Under the pieces are notes generated by a model. The model was given only the letters and a program-made list of their open reading frames with translations, was not told the DNA's origin and did not search any database. The position numbers were made by a program, and so were the translations under genes. From Oceanispirochaeta sp. (GTDB lineage: Bacteria; Spirochaetota; Spirochaetia; DSM-2461), in NCBI GenBank assembly GCA_963663385.2, contig CAXXXD010000002.1:64001-128000 (forward strand): DNA of 64,000 nucleotides, written 5' to 3'. Positions 1 to 8,788 of this stretch are shown one piece after another. The first letter of the stretch is position 1, and each line of letters starts with the position of its first letter.

Positions 1-1839
1 TTTTCCCTGTCTCACAGGAATGTTCATGTTATCCTTGAAGATACCAGAGGGGGGCTCTGGATAGGATCCCTTGGGGGGCTGGATAAATTTAATCCCGAAA
101 CGGAAGACTTTGACCATATTCTGCTGGAAGGGTTTGGATATGATGAAACCAGCGAACCGATCATCTACTGCATGACCGAAGACCTTGACGGCACTTTCTG
201 GATAGGAACCTATAGTTCCGGAGTTCTTCACTGGTCCGAAGAAGACGGGGTTCTGGATACGTTTTCATATGATCCGGATAACCCCGGGTTGTCCAATAAT
301 CTGGTATTTGCCACTTCCCTCGACAGTCGGGGAGATCTCTGGGTCGGCACTAACAGGGGGCTTAACCGCTACAATCGGGAGAAAAACGAGTTTGAATTCT
401 TTTACCATGATCTGGATAAACCGGGAACCCTGAGCAGTAATTATATTACTGCCATTATGGAAGACTCTCAGGGTAATCTGTGGATCTGTACGGATGGGGG
501 AGGTTTGAACCGTTATAACAGAGAACAGGGCGATTTTTCCTTTTATACCAGAGAGGACGGTTTGATATCCAACCATTTACAGTCTATTCAGGAAGACAAA
601 CAGCATCGTTTATGGATCGGGACAATTAATGGATTAAGTATTCTGAATCCTGAAACCGATGAATTCCTGACGGTGGATTCAAGCGATGGTATTATGGCTC
701 CCAAAATGGATTTCGGAGCGGCCAGGGGAAAGGACGGTTCTCTCTATTTCGGATCAAGGGAGGGTATTCTGAGGTTCGAACCGACGATCCTCTATGATAA
801 TAATATACCACCCCCACTGTATTTCAACGAAGTCAAGGTTATGGATCAGTCTGTTCGCATTTCGGATTATATGGGGGAGGGGAAAGTTCTTGAGCTGCCC
901 TGGGACAAAAACTATCTCTCCTTTGAATTTGTCGCTTTGGATTTTACCTCTTCCGAGAGTAATCTCTATCGTTATAAAATGGAGGGATTGGATCAGGACT
1001 GGGTAAACAGTGCTAACAGAAACTTCGCCTCCTATGTAAACCTGAAACCGGGGCGCTATACTTTTATGGTTCAGGGATCCAATAATGACGGTGTCTGGAA
1101 TACGGACAGTCTGAAGCTCTCCATTTGGATAAAGGCACCGCCCTGGCAGCAGAAATGGTTTCTTCTCATTTATATTGCGTTGGGTATTCTCCTCTTTATT
1201 GTTGTATCAAATTTTCAGGCTAATTTTCTTCTCAAAAAGAAACTGCGGGATGCCGAGTCCAGCAGGAACAACCTTCAGGACCTGAATGACAGGCTGGAAG
1301 AGATGGCATGGAAGGATGCTCTCACCGGTCTGGCAAACCGCCGGTTCTTTGATCTCTCCCTTAACAATCTCTGGCATCTTGGGGTAAGGGAGAAGAAGAG
1401 GTTGTCCATTTTTATGATCGATGTAGATTTTTTTAAAGCCTATAATGACTTATACGGGCATCAGATGGGAGATGTCGCTCTTAGAAAGACAGCTGACATT
1501 ATACGGAGCGTTCTCAGACGGGAAACAGATGCTGTCTGCCGTTACGGCGGGGAGGAATTCTCAATTCTTTTGTTTGATATGCCGGATAAGGAAGCAAAGG
1601 CCATTTGTAAAAGCCTTCTTGAAAAAACGAGACAGATGCGTATTCCCCATGAAGCTTCTTCTGTCAGCTCTTACTTAACTATTTCCATCGGGTTAGCCAG
1701 CCTGATTCCGGATTTTGATATGGATGCGGAAGTTCTTGTCAGCAGGGCGGATAAAGCTTTATACCGTGCCAAGGGCAAGGGGAGGAACAGAATGGAATTC
1801 TATAACCCTGATAATAAACATGAGGTCCGGTATGAATAA
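1..1839 (+). CDS. Beta-propeller/Y_Y_Y sensor-linked diguanylate cyclase (5'-partial; frame open from base 1)
   Basis: Repeated D-x-x-G-x-LWIGT propeller blades, Y_Y_Y segment (YRYKMEGLDQDW...YVNLKPGRYTFMV), TM helix after PPWQQKW, GGDEF domain with DALTGLANRR, RETD I-site and RYGGEEF. Confidence 0.92.
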   Translation, partial: FSLSHRNVHVILEDTRGGLWIGSLGGLDKFNPETEDFDHILLEGFGYDETSEPIIYCMTEDLDGTFWIGTYSSGVLHWSEEDGVLDTFSYDPDNPGLSNNLVFATSLDSRGDLWVGTNRGLNRYNREKNEFEFFYHDLDKPGTLSSNYITAIMEDSQGNLWICTDGGGLNRYNREQGDFSFYTREDGLISNHLQSIQEDKQHRLWIGTINGLSILNPETDEFLTVDSSDGIMAPKMDFGAARGKDGSLYFGSREGILRFEPTILYDNNIPPPLYFNEVKVMDQSVRISDYMGEGKVLELPWDKNYLSFEFVALDFTSSESNLYRYKMEGLDQDWVNSANRNFASYVNLKPGRYTFMVQGSNNDGVWNTDSLKLSIWIKAPPWQQKWFLLIYIALGILLFIVVSNFQANFLLKKKLRDAESSRNNLQDLNDRLEEMAWKDALTGLANRRFFDLSLNNLWHLGVREKKRLSIFMIDVDFFKAYNDLYGHQMGDVALRKTADIIRSVLRRETDAVCRYGGEEFSILLFDMPDKEAKAICKSLLEKTRQMRIPHEASSVSSYLTISIGLASLIPDFDMDAEVLVSRADKALYRAKGKGRNRMEFYNPDNKHEVRYE

Positions 1840-4087
1840 AGATAATGTGGAACTGATTTGTAATATAGGTGAGCTGTCTGATCTTTTCAGAGAGAAAAGT
1901 GATATAAGGGGTTTCCTTCACAAGGTTGTGCGAACCGTCTCTCTTCATATGAAAGCGGACGTCTGTTCCATCTATCTGTACGATGAGTTTATTGACCGGC
2001 TTATTCTGGAGGCTACTGAAGGGTTGAATCCTGCTCTGATCGGGAAACTGATCCTGTCTATCGGCGAAGGACTGGTTGGTACTTCCCTGAAAGAACTCCG
2101 GCCCATTCTTGAAAAACAGGGCAGTGATAATCCTCATTTTATGCCGGTTCCCGGGAGTAATGAAGACCGGTATGAAGCTTTTCTGGCTGTTCCGATTGTT
2201 CAGGGGCTGTCCCGTATCGGTGTTCTGGTTCTGCAGCACTCAAGGCCGGGGTTTTTCAACCGGAATGATATGATGGCTTTAAAGGCCATTGCTTCCCAGC
2301 TGGCCACAACCCTGGAAAATGCCAAACTGCTAATGGGGGTAAATAAAAAGCCTGTCGAAGCAAAGGGGCGGATGGAACTGTCTGTTATACGGGGACGGCC
2401 TATTGTGGAAGGTGTCGGTATCGGTTCGGTGTATGTACTGGAAGAGCAGCATACGGCACGACCCTTTTACAGGGACGAGTGCACCCGCCTCGGGTTTGAT
2501 GATTTTCAGGCCGCATTGCAGCAGACCGCCGAGCAGCTTCAGGAGCTGCAGGCTGAAATGGAGGAGCGTCTCTCAGATGTGGCTTCCCTGATTTTCAGTA
2601 CCCATCTCCTGATGCTGCAGGATACCAGTTTTATCGGGTATATTGAGGATGAAATTGAAAAAGGAAAATCTCCCTGTCAGGCCGTAATAGAAAGAGTTGA
2701 GTATTTTGTGAAGCTTTTCTCACAGAGCGGGAATCCCCGTATTATGGAAAAAGTTCAGGATATCCGTGATCTGGGGCATAGAATTCTCCGGAATCTGGCC
2801 AGGGAAAATCAGGTGGCGGGAGACTATTCCGATCAGATCGTTATTGCCCGTGAACTTCTCCCTTCGGAACTTGTAAAAATAACAGCCCAGCATGTGGAAG
2901 GATTCGTTCTCTACAGCCAGGGGGCTTCCGCCCATATATCCATCCTGGCCAAATCGCTGGGTGTTCCCATGATGTTTACAGAGGACAAGAGTCTCTTTTC
3001 TCTGGAAACGGACACCCCCGTAATCCTCGACGGGATTCAGGGGAATCTGCTGATCAGTCCGGGTGAGGATACGGTAAAGGAATTCCTGAGTCTGAAAGAG
3101 GGGGCCTCCCGTCTGGAGGGCGAACTCGACTCGGTTAAAACCGAAACCCGTACCGCAGACGGGGAACGGGTTCATCTATATGCCACTATTAATATCCTCA
3201 GTGATATTTCCACCGCTCTGAAAGTTAAAGCCGAGGGAATCGGTTTATATAGAAGTGAATTCCCTTTTCTGATCCGGAACAGCTTTCCCAGTGAGGAAGA
3301 GCAGTACCTTGTCTATAAAAAGATCTTTGATCGAATGCCCTCCGAGATTATCACCCTGAGGACTCTGGATATAGGGGGGGACAAGATCCTGTCCTATATG
3401 CCGGATCAGGAAGAGGATAACCCTTTTCTGGGGCTGCGGGCGATTCGTTTTCTGCTGAAGAATAAAAAGATCTTTGTGAGCCAGTTAAAGGCCATGCTCC
3501 GGGCAGGACAGGGGCGTTCATTCAGGATAATGTTTCCTCTTATTTCATCGGTGGATGATTTTCTGGAATCCAAACGGATGGTGGAAAAAAGCCGTGAGTT
3601 TCTGATGAGGGACGGTTTCGAGTGCAAAACCATGCCTGAACTGGGGGTTATGGTGGAACTCCCCTCGGCTGTTGCCATGGCGGATGCTCTGGCCGAAGAA
3701 GCGGACTTTATTTCCATCGGTTCCAACGATCTGGTACAATACCTGCTGGGGGTGGACAGGACCAACGAAAAGGTTTCCGGTTTATACGAAGCCAGACACC
3801 CTGCGGTACTCCGTTCCATCAATTCTGTTGCAAAAGCGGCGGAACAGGCAAACTGTCCCTTAAGCCTGTGCGGTAATATGACCAGCGATAAGGGAATGCT
3901 TCACTTTCTGCTCGGAATCGGAATCAGGAATTTTTCTCTTACTCCGACTCTTATTCCGGAAGTTCAGGATTATATTAATACCCTTAGCGCCGAAGCTGCC
4001 GGAAAGAATGCCCGGCATGTGCTCTCTCTGAAAACCCTGAAATGTGTAGATGATTATATGAAAGGATTTCTCGATTCTCAGCCGTAA
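1832..4087 (+). CDS. ptsP: GAF-domain phosphoenolpyruvate-protein phosphotransferase (EI-Ntr-like)
   Basis: N-terminal GAF (ADVCSIYLYD...LEATEGLN), His motif GASAHISILAKSLG, GIGLYRSEF, EDNPFLGLRAIR, SIGSNDLVQY; ATG 1832 follows GAGG and overlaps the upstream stop. Confidence 0.9.
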   Translation: MNKDNVELICNIGELSDLFREKSDIRGFLHKVVRTVSLHMKADVCSIYLYDEFIDRLILEATEGLNPALIGKLILSIGEGLVGTSLKELRPILEKQGSDNPHFMPVPGSNEDRYEAFLAVPIVQGLSRIGVLVLQHSRPGFFNRNDMMALKAIASQLATTLENAKLLMGVNKKPVEAKGRMELSVIRGRPIVEGVGIGSVYVLEEQHTARPFYRDECTRLGFDDFQAALQQTAEQLQELQAEMEERLSDVASLIFSTHLLMLQDTSFIGYIEDEIEKGKSPCQAVIERVEYFVKLFSQSGNPRIMEKVQDIRDLGHRILRNLARENQVAGDYSDQIVIARELLPSELVKITAQHVEGFVLYSQGASAHISILAKSLGVPMMFTEDKSLFSLETDTPVILDGIQGNLLISPGEDTVKEFLSLKEGASRLEGELDSVKTETRTADGERVHLYATINILSDISTALKVKAEGIGLYRSEFPFLIRNSFPSEEEQYLVYKKIFDRMPSEIITLRTLDIGGDKILSYMPDQEEDNPFLGLRAIRFLLKNKKIFVSQLKAMLRAGQGRSFRIMFPLISSVDDFLESKRMVEKSREFLMRDGFECKTMPELGVMVELPSAVAMADALAEEADFISIGSNDLVQYLLGVDRTNEKVSGLYEARHPAVLRSINSVAKAAEQANCPLSLCGNMTSDKGMLHFLLGIGIRNFSLTPTLIPEVQDYINTLSAEAAGKNARHVLSLKTLKCVDDYMKGFLDSQP

Positions 4088-4485
4088 TGGCCCATAATTT
4101 CTTTAATTGTCTGATCAGCCAGATAGTCCCGGATATGGTGTTCCGTAACATCCCAGAAATGAGCCAGGATGCAGTCGTCGGTTCTGCCGCAAATGTGGTC
4201 ATCGTGGGTACAGGGCGCCAGAATAACCCCCTCCTCAACGGCTTCCAGAATATCCAGAACGGTAATATCTTCCACTGATTTGGCCAGGCGGAATCCCCCG
4301 GAAGCACCGCGTACGGATTCCGTAATCCCCGCTTTTTTCAGTTTGGTGAAAATCTGTTCCAGAAATATGGGTGACAGATCTTCGCTGTTGGATATTTTCT
4401 TTATGGAAATGGGTGTGTTGTCATCACTTAAAGCCATATTGACTATAGCTCTTAAAGCATAGCGTCCCTTAGTCGTTATTCTCAT
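4078..4485 (-). CDS. Rrf2-family (IscR-like) transcriptional regulator
   Basis: MRITTKGRYALRA start, SVRGASGGFRLA wing, C-x6-C-x5-C-x3-H cluster-ligand pattern; start trimmed to ATG 4485. Confidence 0.9.
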   Translation of the reverse strand: MRITTKGRYALRAIVNMALSDDNTPISIKKISNSEDLSPIFLEQIFTKLKKAGITESVRGASGGFRLAKSVEDITVLDILEAVEEGVILAPCTHDDHICGRTDDCILAHFWDVTEHHIRDYLADQTIKEIMGHYG

Positions 4486-4654
4486 GGTTTTAATAGTATA
4501 TATATTGATATGACTTATCAAGGCTTCATTCTCTTTGTCTGGACTAATTTTTCAGAAAGGCAAAAAAATACCAAAATTAATAGGACATTTATATATGATA
4601 TATCTTGTAAGGTATTAACATGCTCCTAAAGAGTTAATCATGCGGAGGTCAGAA

Positions 4655-6001
4655 ATGACAGGGAAAGAGTTAATCACTAAACAATTTCAGGGAGAATCAA
4701 CCGAAAGAGCTCCCTGGGTTCCTTATACGGGTGTACAGATAGCCAATCTGAAAGGATATACGGCTGAAGAGGTCTTAAAAGATGCGGACAAATTAACAGA
4801 ATGCCTGCTGGAGGCTCACAAACAGTACTCTCCCGATGGTATGCCCGTTGTTTTTGATCTGCAGATAGAGGCGGAAATTCTGGGATGTGATCTGCTTTGG
4901 GCTGAGGATTCTCCTCCCACGGTTAAAAGCCATCCTCTGGCGGATACAAAAGAGATCCCCCGAACTCTTCCCGCCAGAACAGACGGTCGTATCCCCCTGG
5001 TTCTGGATGTCATGAAAGCCATGAAGGAGAAAGTCGGCGGCACGACTGCCCTGTACGGTCTGGTTTGCGGTCCCTTTACACTGGCTTCCCATCTGAGAAG
5101 TACCAATATCTTTATGGATATGTACGATGACGAAGAGTATGTTAAAAAACTGATGGCCTACTCAACAGATATTGCCATGGCCGTGGCGGACTACTATATC
5201 GAAGCCGGTATGGATATTATTGGATCTGTGGATCCTCTTATCTCCCAGATTTCTCCGGATATGTTTGAACAGTTTATGGCCGTGGATTACAAGCGATTTT
5301 ATGATCACTGCCGGGATAAGGGAGTATTCAGCTCTTTCTTTGTTTGCGGAGATGCCACCAAGAATCTGGATGTTATGGCCCAGTCCGGTCCGGACTGCCT
5401 TTCCATTGATGAAAATATAGATATTGCGGAGGCAAAGAAAGTAACCGAAAAACATGGAATCCTTATTTCCGGAAATATGCAGCTTACTGTTACCATGCTG
5501 CTGGGAAATCAGAAGGATAATCAGAAAGCAGCTATCGAACTGATGGATAAGATGGGAAACAGGGGATTTATCCTGGCTCCCGGATGCGATATGCCCTTTG
5601 GAGTTCCCGTAGAGAATATTGTAGGTATCGGACAGGCTGTTCAGAATATCGAATCCACAAGGAAATTCCTGGAAAGCTATGAGAAAGAGGTCGTCGAAAT
5701 TGATGTGGAAATGCCCGATTATGCCAACCTGGATCATGTGCTGATAGAAGTGCTGACTATCGATTCCAAGACCTGTGCGGCCTGCGGCTATATGAAAGCT
5801 GCTGCAGACGACATGATTGGGATTTTCGGGGACAAGGTAGAGGTTGTGGAGCGATCCATTATGGAAGCGGAGAATATTGCCCGGATTGGTAAACTGGGTG
5901 TTGCCAACCTGCCCTCCATGGCAATCAACGGAGAGGTTAAGCATATATCCCTGATTCCTTCCCGGGCGGAGCTTGAAGCGGAGGTTCGGGAACTGGTTTG
6001 A
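4655..6001 (+). CDS. Uroporphyrinogen decarboxylase/MtaA-CmuA-family protein with C-terminal thioredoxin-like domain
   Basis: DLQIEAEILGC, GPFTLASHLR, GFILAPGCD motifs; C-terminal CAAC and LPSMAING; SD GGAGG before ATG 4655. Confidence 0.8.
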   Translation: MTGKELITKQFQGESTERAPWVPYTGVQIANLKGYTAEEVLKDADKLTECLLEAHKQYSPDGMPVVFDLQIEAEILGCDLLWAEDSPPTVKSHPLADTKEIPRTLPARTDGRIPLVLDVMKAMKEKVGGTTALYGLVCGPFTLASHLRSTNIFMDMYDDEEYVKKLMAYSTDIAMAVADYYIEAGMDIIGSVDPLISQISPDMFEQFMAVDYKRFYDHCRDKGVFSSFFVCGDATKNLDVMAQSGPDCLSIDENIDIAEAKKVTEKHGILISGNMQLTVTMLLGNQKDNQKAAIELMDKMGNRGFILAPGCDMPFGVPVENIVGIGQAVQNIESTRKFLESYEKEVVEIDVEMPDYANLDHVLIEVLTIDSKTCAACGYMKAAADDMIGIFGDKVEVVERSIMEAENIARIGKLGVANLPSMAINGEVKHISLIPSRAELEAEVRELV

Positions 6002-6005
6002 CCTC

Positions 6006-6107
6006 GCCCCCTCGACTTCGCTCGGGGATCTTCGGGGTATTCCTCCCTTCCTCGGGAGTATCCATTACTTGTGGGTAATCGAATGCTCCCAGAGGGAGAG
6101 GGGGAAT
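6006..6107 (+). repeat. Intergenic REP-like hairpin followed by a long imperfect inverted repeat
   Basis: CCCCCTCGACTTCGCTCGGGG hairpin, then 6039-6107 stem ATTCCTCCCTTCCTC-GGGAGTAT..ATTAC/GTAAT..ATGCTCCC-GAGGGAGAGGGGGAAT. Confidence 0.55.
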
Positions 6108-6128
6108 TGTATTAATAGGAGAATTATA

Positions 6129-7100
6129 ATGAGTGGAAAGATTGATATTGTGCTGCTCGCAGGATTTCTGGGGGCGGGAAAGACTACGGTGCTGAATGAG
6201 CTTATCCGCCAGTTTCCGGGTATTAAGCTGGGGATGCTGGTTAATGATTTCGGTGAAGTTCCTGTAGACGGTTCCCTTTTAAAGAGCGAGAATCCGGAAA
6301 TTCTGGAAGAGGGACATAAAATCTATGAAATAGGGAACGGTTCCATTTTCTGCTCCTGTCTGAAAGCGCCGTTTCTGTACGGGCTGCAGTATTTTGAAAA
6401 AGAGAAACCCGAACTCCTCTTCATCGAAGCTTCCGGGCTTTCCGATCCGTCCAGTATGGACAAGATTCTGAAGGAGCACGGGCTGGAGGGGGCTTTCCGG
6501 GTTAAAAGGGTTTTGACCCTGGTGGATCCTGTCCGCTATGTTCAGCTGGTACATGTTCTGGATGTCATAAGCCGGCAGATTATGGCGGCGGACAATCTTC
6601 TGATTAATAAAGCCGATCTGGTTACAGATGAGGAACTGAAAAAGGTCGAAGAGATGGTTCGGGAACTTAACCGGGAGGTGCCGATTCAGAAGGGTTCTTT
6701 CGGGCAGTTTGATTACTCTTTTCTCCGTGAAGAGGACAGGATGCACCGGATGGCGGATCGGGAGAGCTGCAATACCCCCGATACCAGACCGGCCAGCCTG
6801 TTTCTGGAAGGTTCTCTTCTGAATGAAAAGGTGCTGCTGGACTTTTTGAACTCCATAAAAGATGAAGTTTACCGCTTAAAGGGATTCTGGGAACTGGAGG
6901 GCGGGATGCGCTATGTTTCCGATACGGGACGGGGCTTCAGTATCACTCCTGCGGAGAAAAGCGGGATCAGGTCGGGTCTGACAGTGCTCTGTCCTCCCGC
7001 AAACGCGGAAACCGTTCAGGCGGCCTGGCAGAGGTTCCGGGAAGATAAATTCAGGATGGTCGGCGGAGGCGGTATAAGCGGGGGGCTCGGGCTGCGGTGA
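6129..7100 (+). CDS. CobW/COG0523-family P-loop GTPase (metallochaperone)
   Basis: GFLGAGKTT, VNDFGE, GSIFCSC, IEASGL, INKADL, C-terminal YRLKG; SD AGGAG before ATG 6129. Confidence 0.88.
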   Translation: MSGKIDIVLLAGFLGAGKTTVLNELIRQFPGIKLGMLVNDFGEVPVDGSLLKSENPEILEEGHKIYEIGNGSIFCSCLKAPFLYGLQYFEKEKPELLFIEASGLSDPSSMDKILKEHGLEGAFRVKRVLTLVDPVRYVQLVHVLDVISRQIMAADNLLINKADLVTDEELKKVEEMVRELNREVPIQKGSFGQFDYSFLREEDRMHRMADRESCNTPDTRPASLFLEGSLLNEKVLLDFLNSIKDEVYRLKGFWELEGGMRYVSDTGRGFSITPAEKSGIRSGLTVLCPPANAETVQAAWQRFREDKFRMVGGGGISGGLGLR

Positions 7101-7111
7101 GGGTATCTGCT

Positions 7112-7450
7112 CTAAAGGAGCTTTGACCCTAAATCCACATCTTTATCCGGGACTGCTAAAACGACATTATTATCAGAGTTATAAAAACCGGTTACCAGAC
7201 ATTCCGACTGCATGTTGGCTATCTGCTTATCAGGGAAATTGACAACGGCAATGATTGTTTTTCCCAGCAGGTCTTCTGGTGAGTACAGGTCTGTTATCTG
7301 ACTGCTGGTTTTTTTAATTCCTATGTCTCTGCCAAAATCAATCTGCAGCTTATAGGCCGGTTTTCTGGCTTCCCTGAAAACCTCGGCTTTGATGATCTTT
7401 CCTGCCCTTAATTCTACTTTTTCATAATCATCCCATGTGATTGTGTCCAT
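7112..7450 (-). CDS. csaA: tRNA-binding/export chaperone CsaA
   Basis: ITWDDYEKVELRAG, RKPAYKLQIDFG, SSQIT..Y, VVNFPDKQIAN.QSECLVTG. Confidence 0.88.
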   Translation of the reverse strand: MDTITWDDYEKVELRAGKIIKAEVFREARKPAYKLQIDFGRDIGIKKTSSQITDLYSPEDLLGKTIIAVVNFPDKQIANMQSECLVTGFYNSDNNVVLAVPDKDVDLGSKLL

Positions 7451-7716
7451 AGTTGCAACCTCTGTTTTGTTTCCCAAATATTGCTCAATTCCCATGTGGT
7501 GGAAGGGAATTTCTGCTTCCAAACGGTGTATTGCGGTGTGTCGAGTGAACTTTAAATATAAAGTTCTTTAGGATTTCAATCTGCTCTATCAGGTTTTTCA
7601 TTGTATCAAAATTTCTATTGACAATGTATTTAATAATGTAATATTCCTTAAATTTTAGAAGTACCTAAATCGAGATAGTGGGCAATATAAAAATAATGAT
7701 TTTATTATTCTACAAG

Positions 7717-8389
7717 TGAATGTGCTATACTTTGGAATACTCCATCAGGACAACCTGGAGGGTTGCTGATGGACCCCATTTCTGAATGTGCTATACTCCT
7801 TACTTCAATCCGAATTATTTCACCGGTGTTGCGGATGGACCCCATTTCTGAATGTGCTATACTGAGATATGGCAAGATACTACATATTCTGTTGTTGCGG
7901 ATGGACCCCATTTCTGAATGTGCTATACTCTGAATATAGTTCCATATCGATGGGTAATAGTTGCGGATGGACCCCATTTCTGAATGTGCTATACTAGGTT
8001 TCAATTCGAAAAGAACGTTAAGCCTGTTGCGGATGGACCCCATTTCTGAATGTGCTATACTAGTGTCACAGCTTCTACGTCTCAGGTTAAGGTTGCGGAT
8101 GGACCCCATTTCTGAATGTGCTATACTCAGCCAAAAGAAATGGTATAACCAATCAAGTTGCGGATGGACCCCATTTCTGAATGTGCTATACTTCTTTTTC
8201 ATGTGTTACCTCTTTAATTATAGTTGCGGATGGACCCCATTTCTGAATGTGCTATACTATCTTTGATAACCGGGATAACATATAGATTGTTGCGGATGGA
8301 CCCCATTTCTGAATGTGCTATACTTCGGCTGGATTAGTACCTATTAACGTTCTGTTGCGGATGGACCCCATTTCTGAATGTGCTATACT
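7717..8389 (+). CRISPR. Type II-C CRISPR array: 10 full 36-bp repeats plus one 15-bp remnant, 10 spacers of 29-30 bp
   Basis: Repeat GTTGCGGATGGACCCCATTTCTGAATGTGCTATACT at 7762 (one G>T change), 7828, 7894, 7960, 8026, 8092, 8157, 8223, 8289, 8354; remnant TGAATGTGCTATACT at 7717-7731; + orientation inferred from tracrRNA pairing and the TGnTATACT box. Confidence 0.98.
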
Positions 8390-8458
8390 AGTGATTGTGT
8401 AACTCCATAACCGGAAAGGCTTTGGAGTGCATAATTGCAAATAAAAAAGAGGTGGAAA

Positions 8459-8788
8459 TCAGAAAAGCAGGAACTGTGCATTTGTTTTTTTCTGCTTTTG
8501 GAACTCTTTTCCATAGAAAGAAACGATATTTTCATATTGCTTGTCTGTAATTGAAATAATATCAACCTTTCCTCCCTTAGGAAGAGCATCCTCCACCATT
8601 TCAACAATGGTTTTCAATGCATCTTTTCCTGATAACAATCTATAGTATACCGAATATTGACTCATATGGAAACCGTTGTCCAGCAAGAACTTACGAAATT
8701 CTGTTGCTTCTTTTCTCTGCTTCTGTTCAACCACTGGTAAATCAAATAATACTATTGCCCACATCATCCTGTACCCGTTCAAAAACAT
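8459..8788 (-). CDS. cas2: CRISPR-associated endonuclease Cas2
   Basis: YRMMWAIVLFDLPV, FRKFLLDNGFHMSQYSVY, ITDKQY; adjacent to array. Confidence 0.96.
   Translation of the reverse strand: MFLNGYRMMWAIVLFDLPVVEQKQRKEATEFRKFLLDNGFHMSQYSVYYRLLSGKDALKTIVEMVEDALPKGGKVDIISITDKQYENIVSFYGKEFQKQKKTNAQFLLF

Noticed and set aside
6001..6128. Cobalamin riboswitch upstream of cobW
   Set aside because: No B12-box or GCCACTG-type conserved elements visible
7451..7716. scaRNA or second degenerate repeat (ATTGCGGTG near 7530)
   Set aside because: Only 6 nt match the repeat; insufficient
7705..8266. ORFs across the CRISPR array (165 aa on -, 101 aa on +)
   Set aside because: Explained by the 66-bp period with stop-free repeat frames; not called as genes (spacer-8 start noted as a finding)
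7732..8353. Self-targeting spacers within the window
   Set aside because: No convincing match seen by eye; spacer 8 shares only ACCTCTT/TTATA with the cas9 start region. An exhaustive search was not possible
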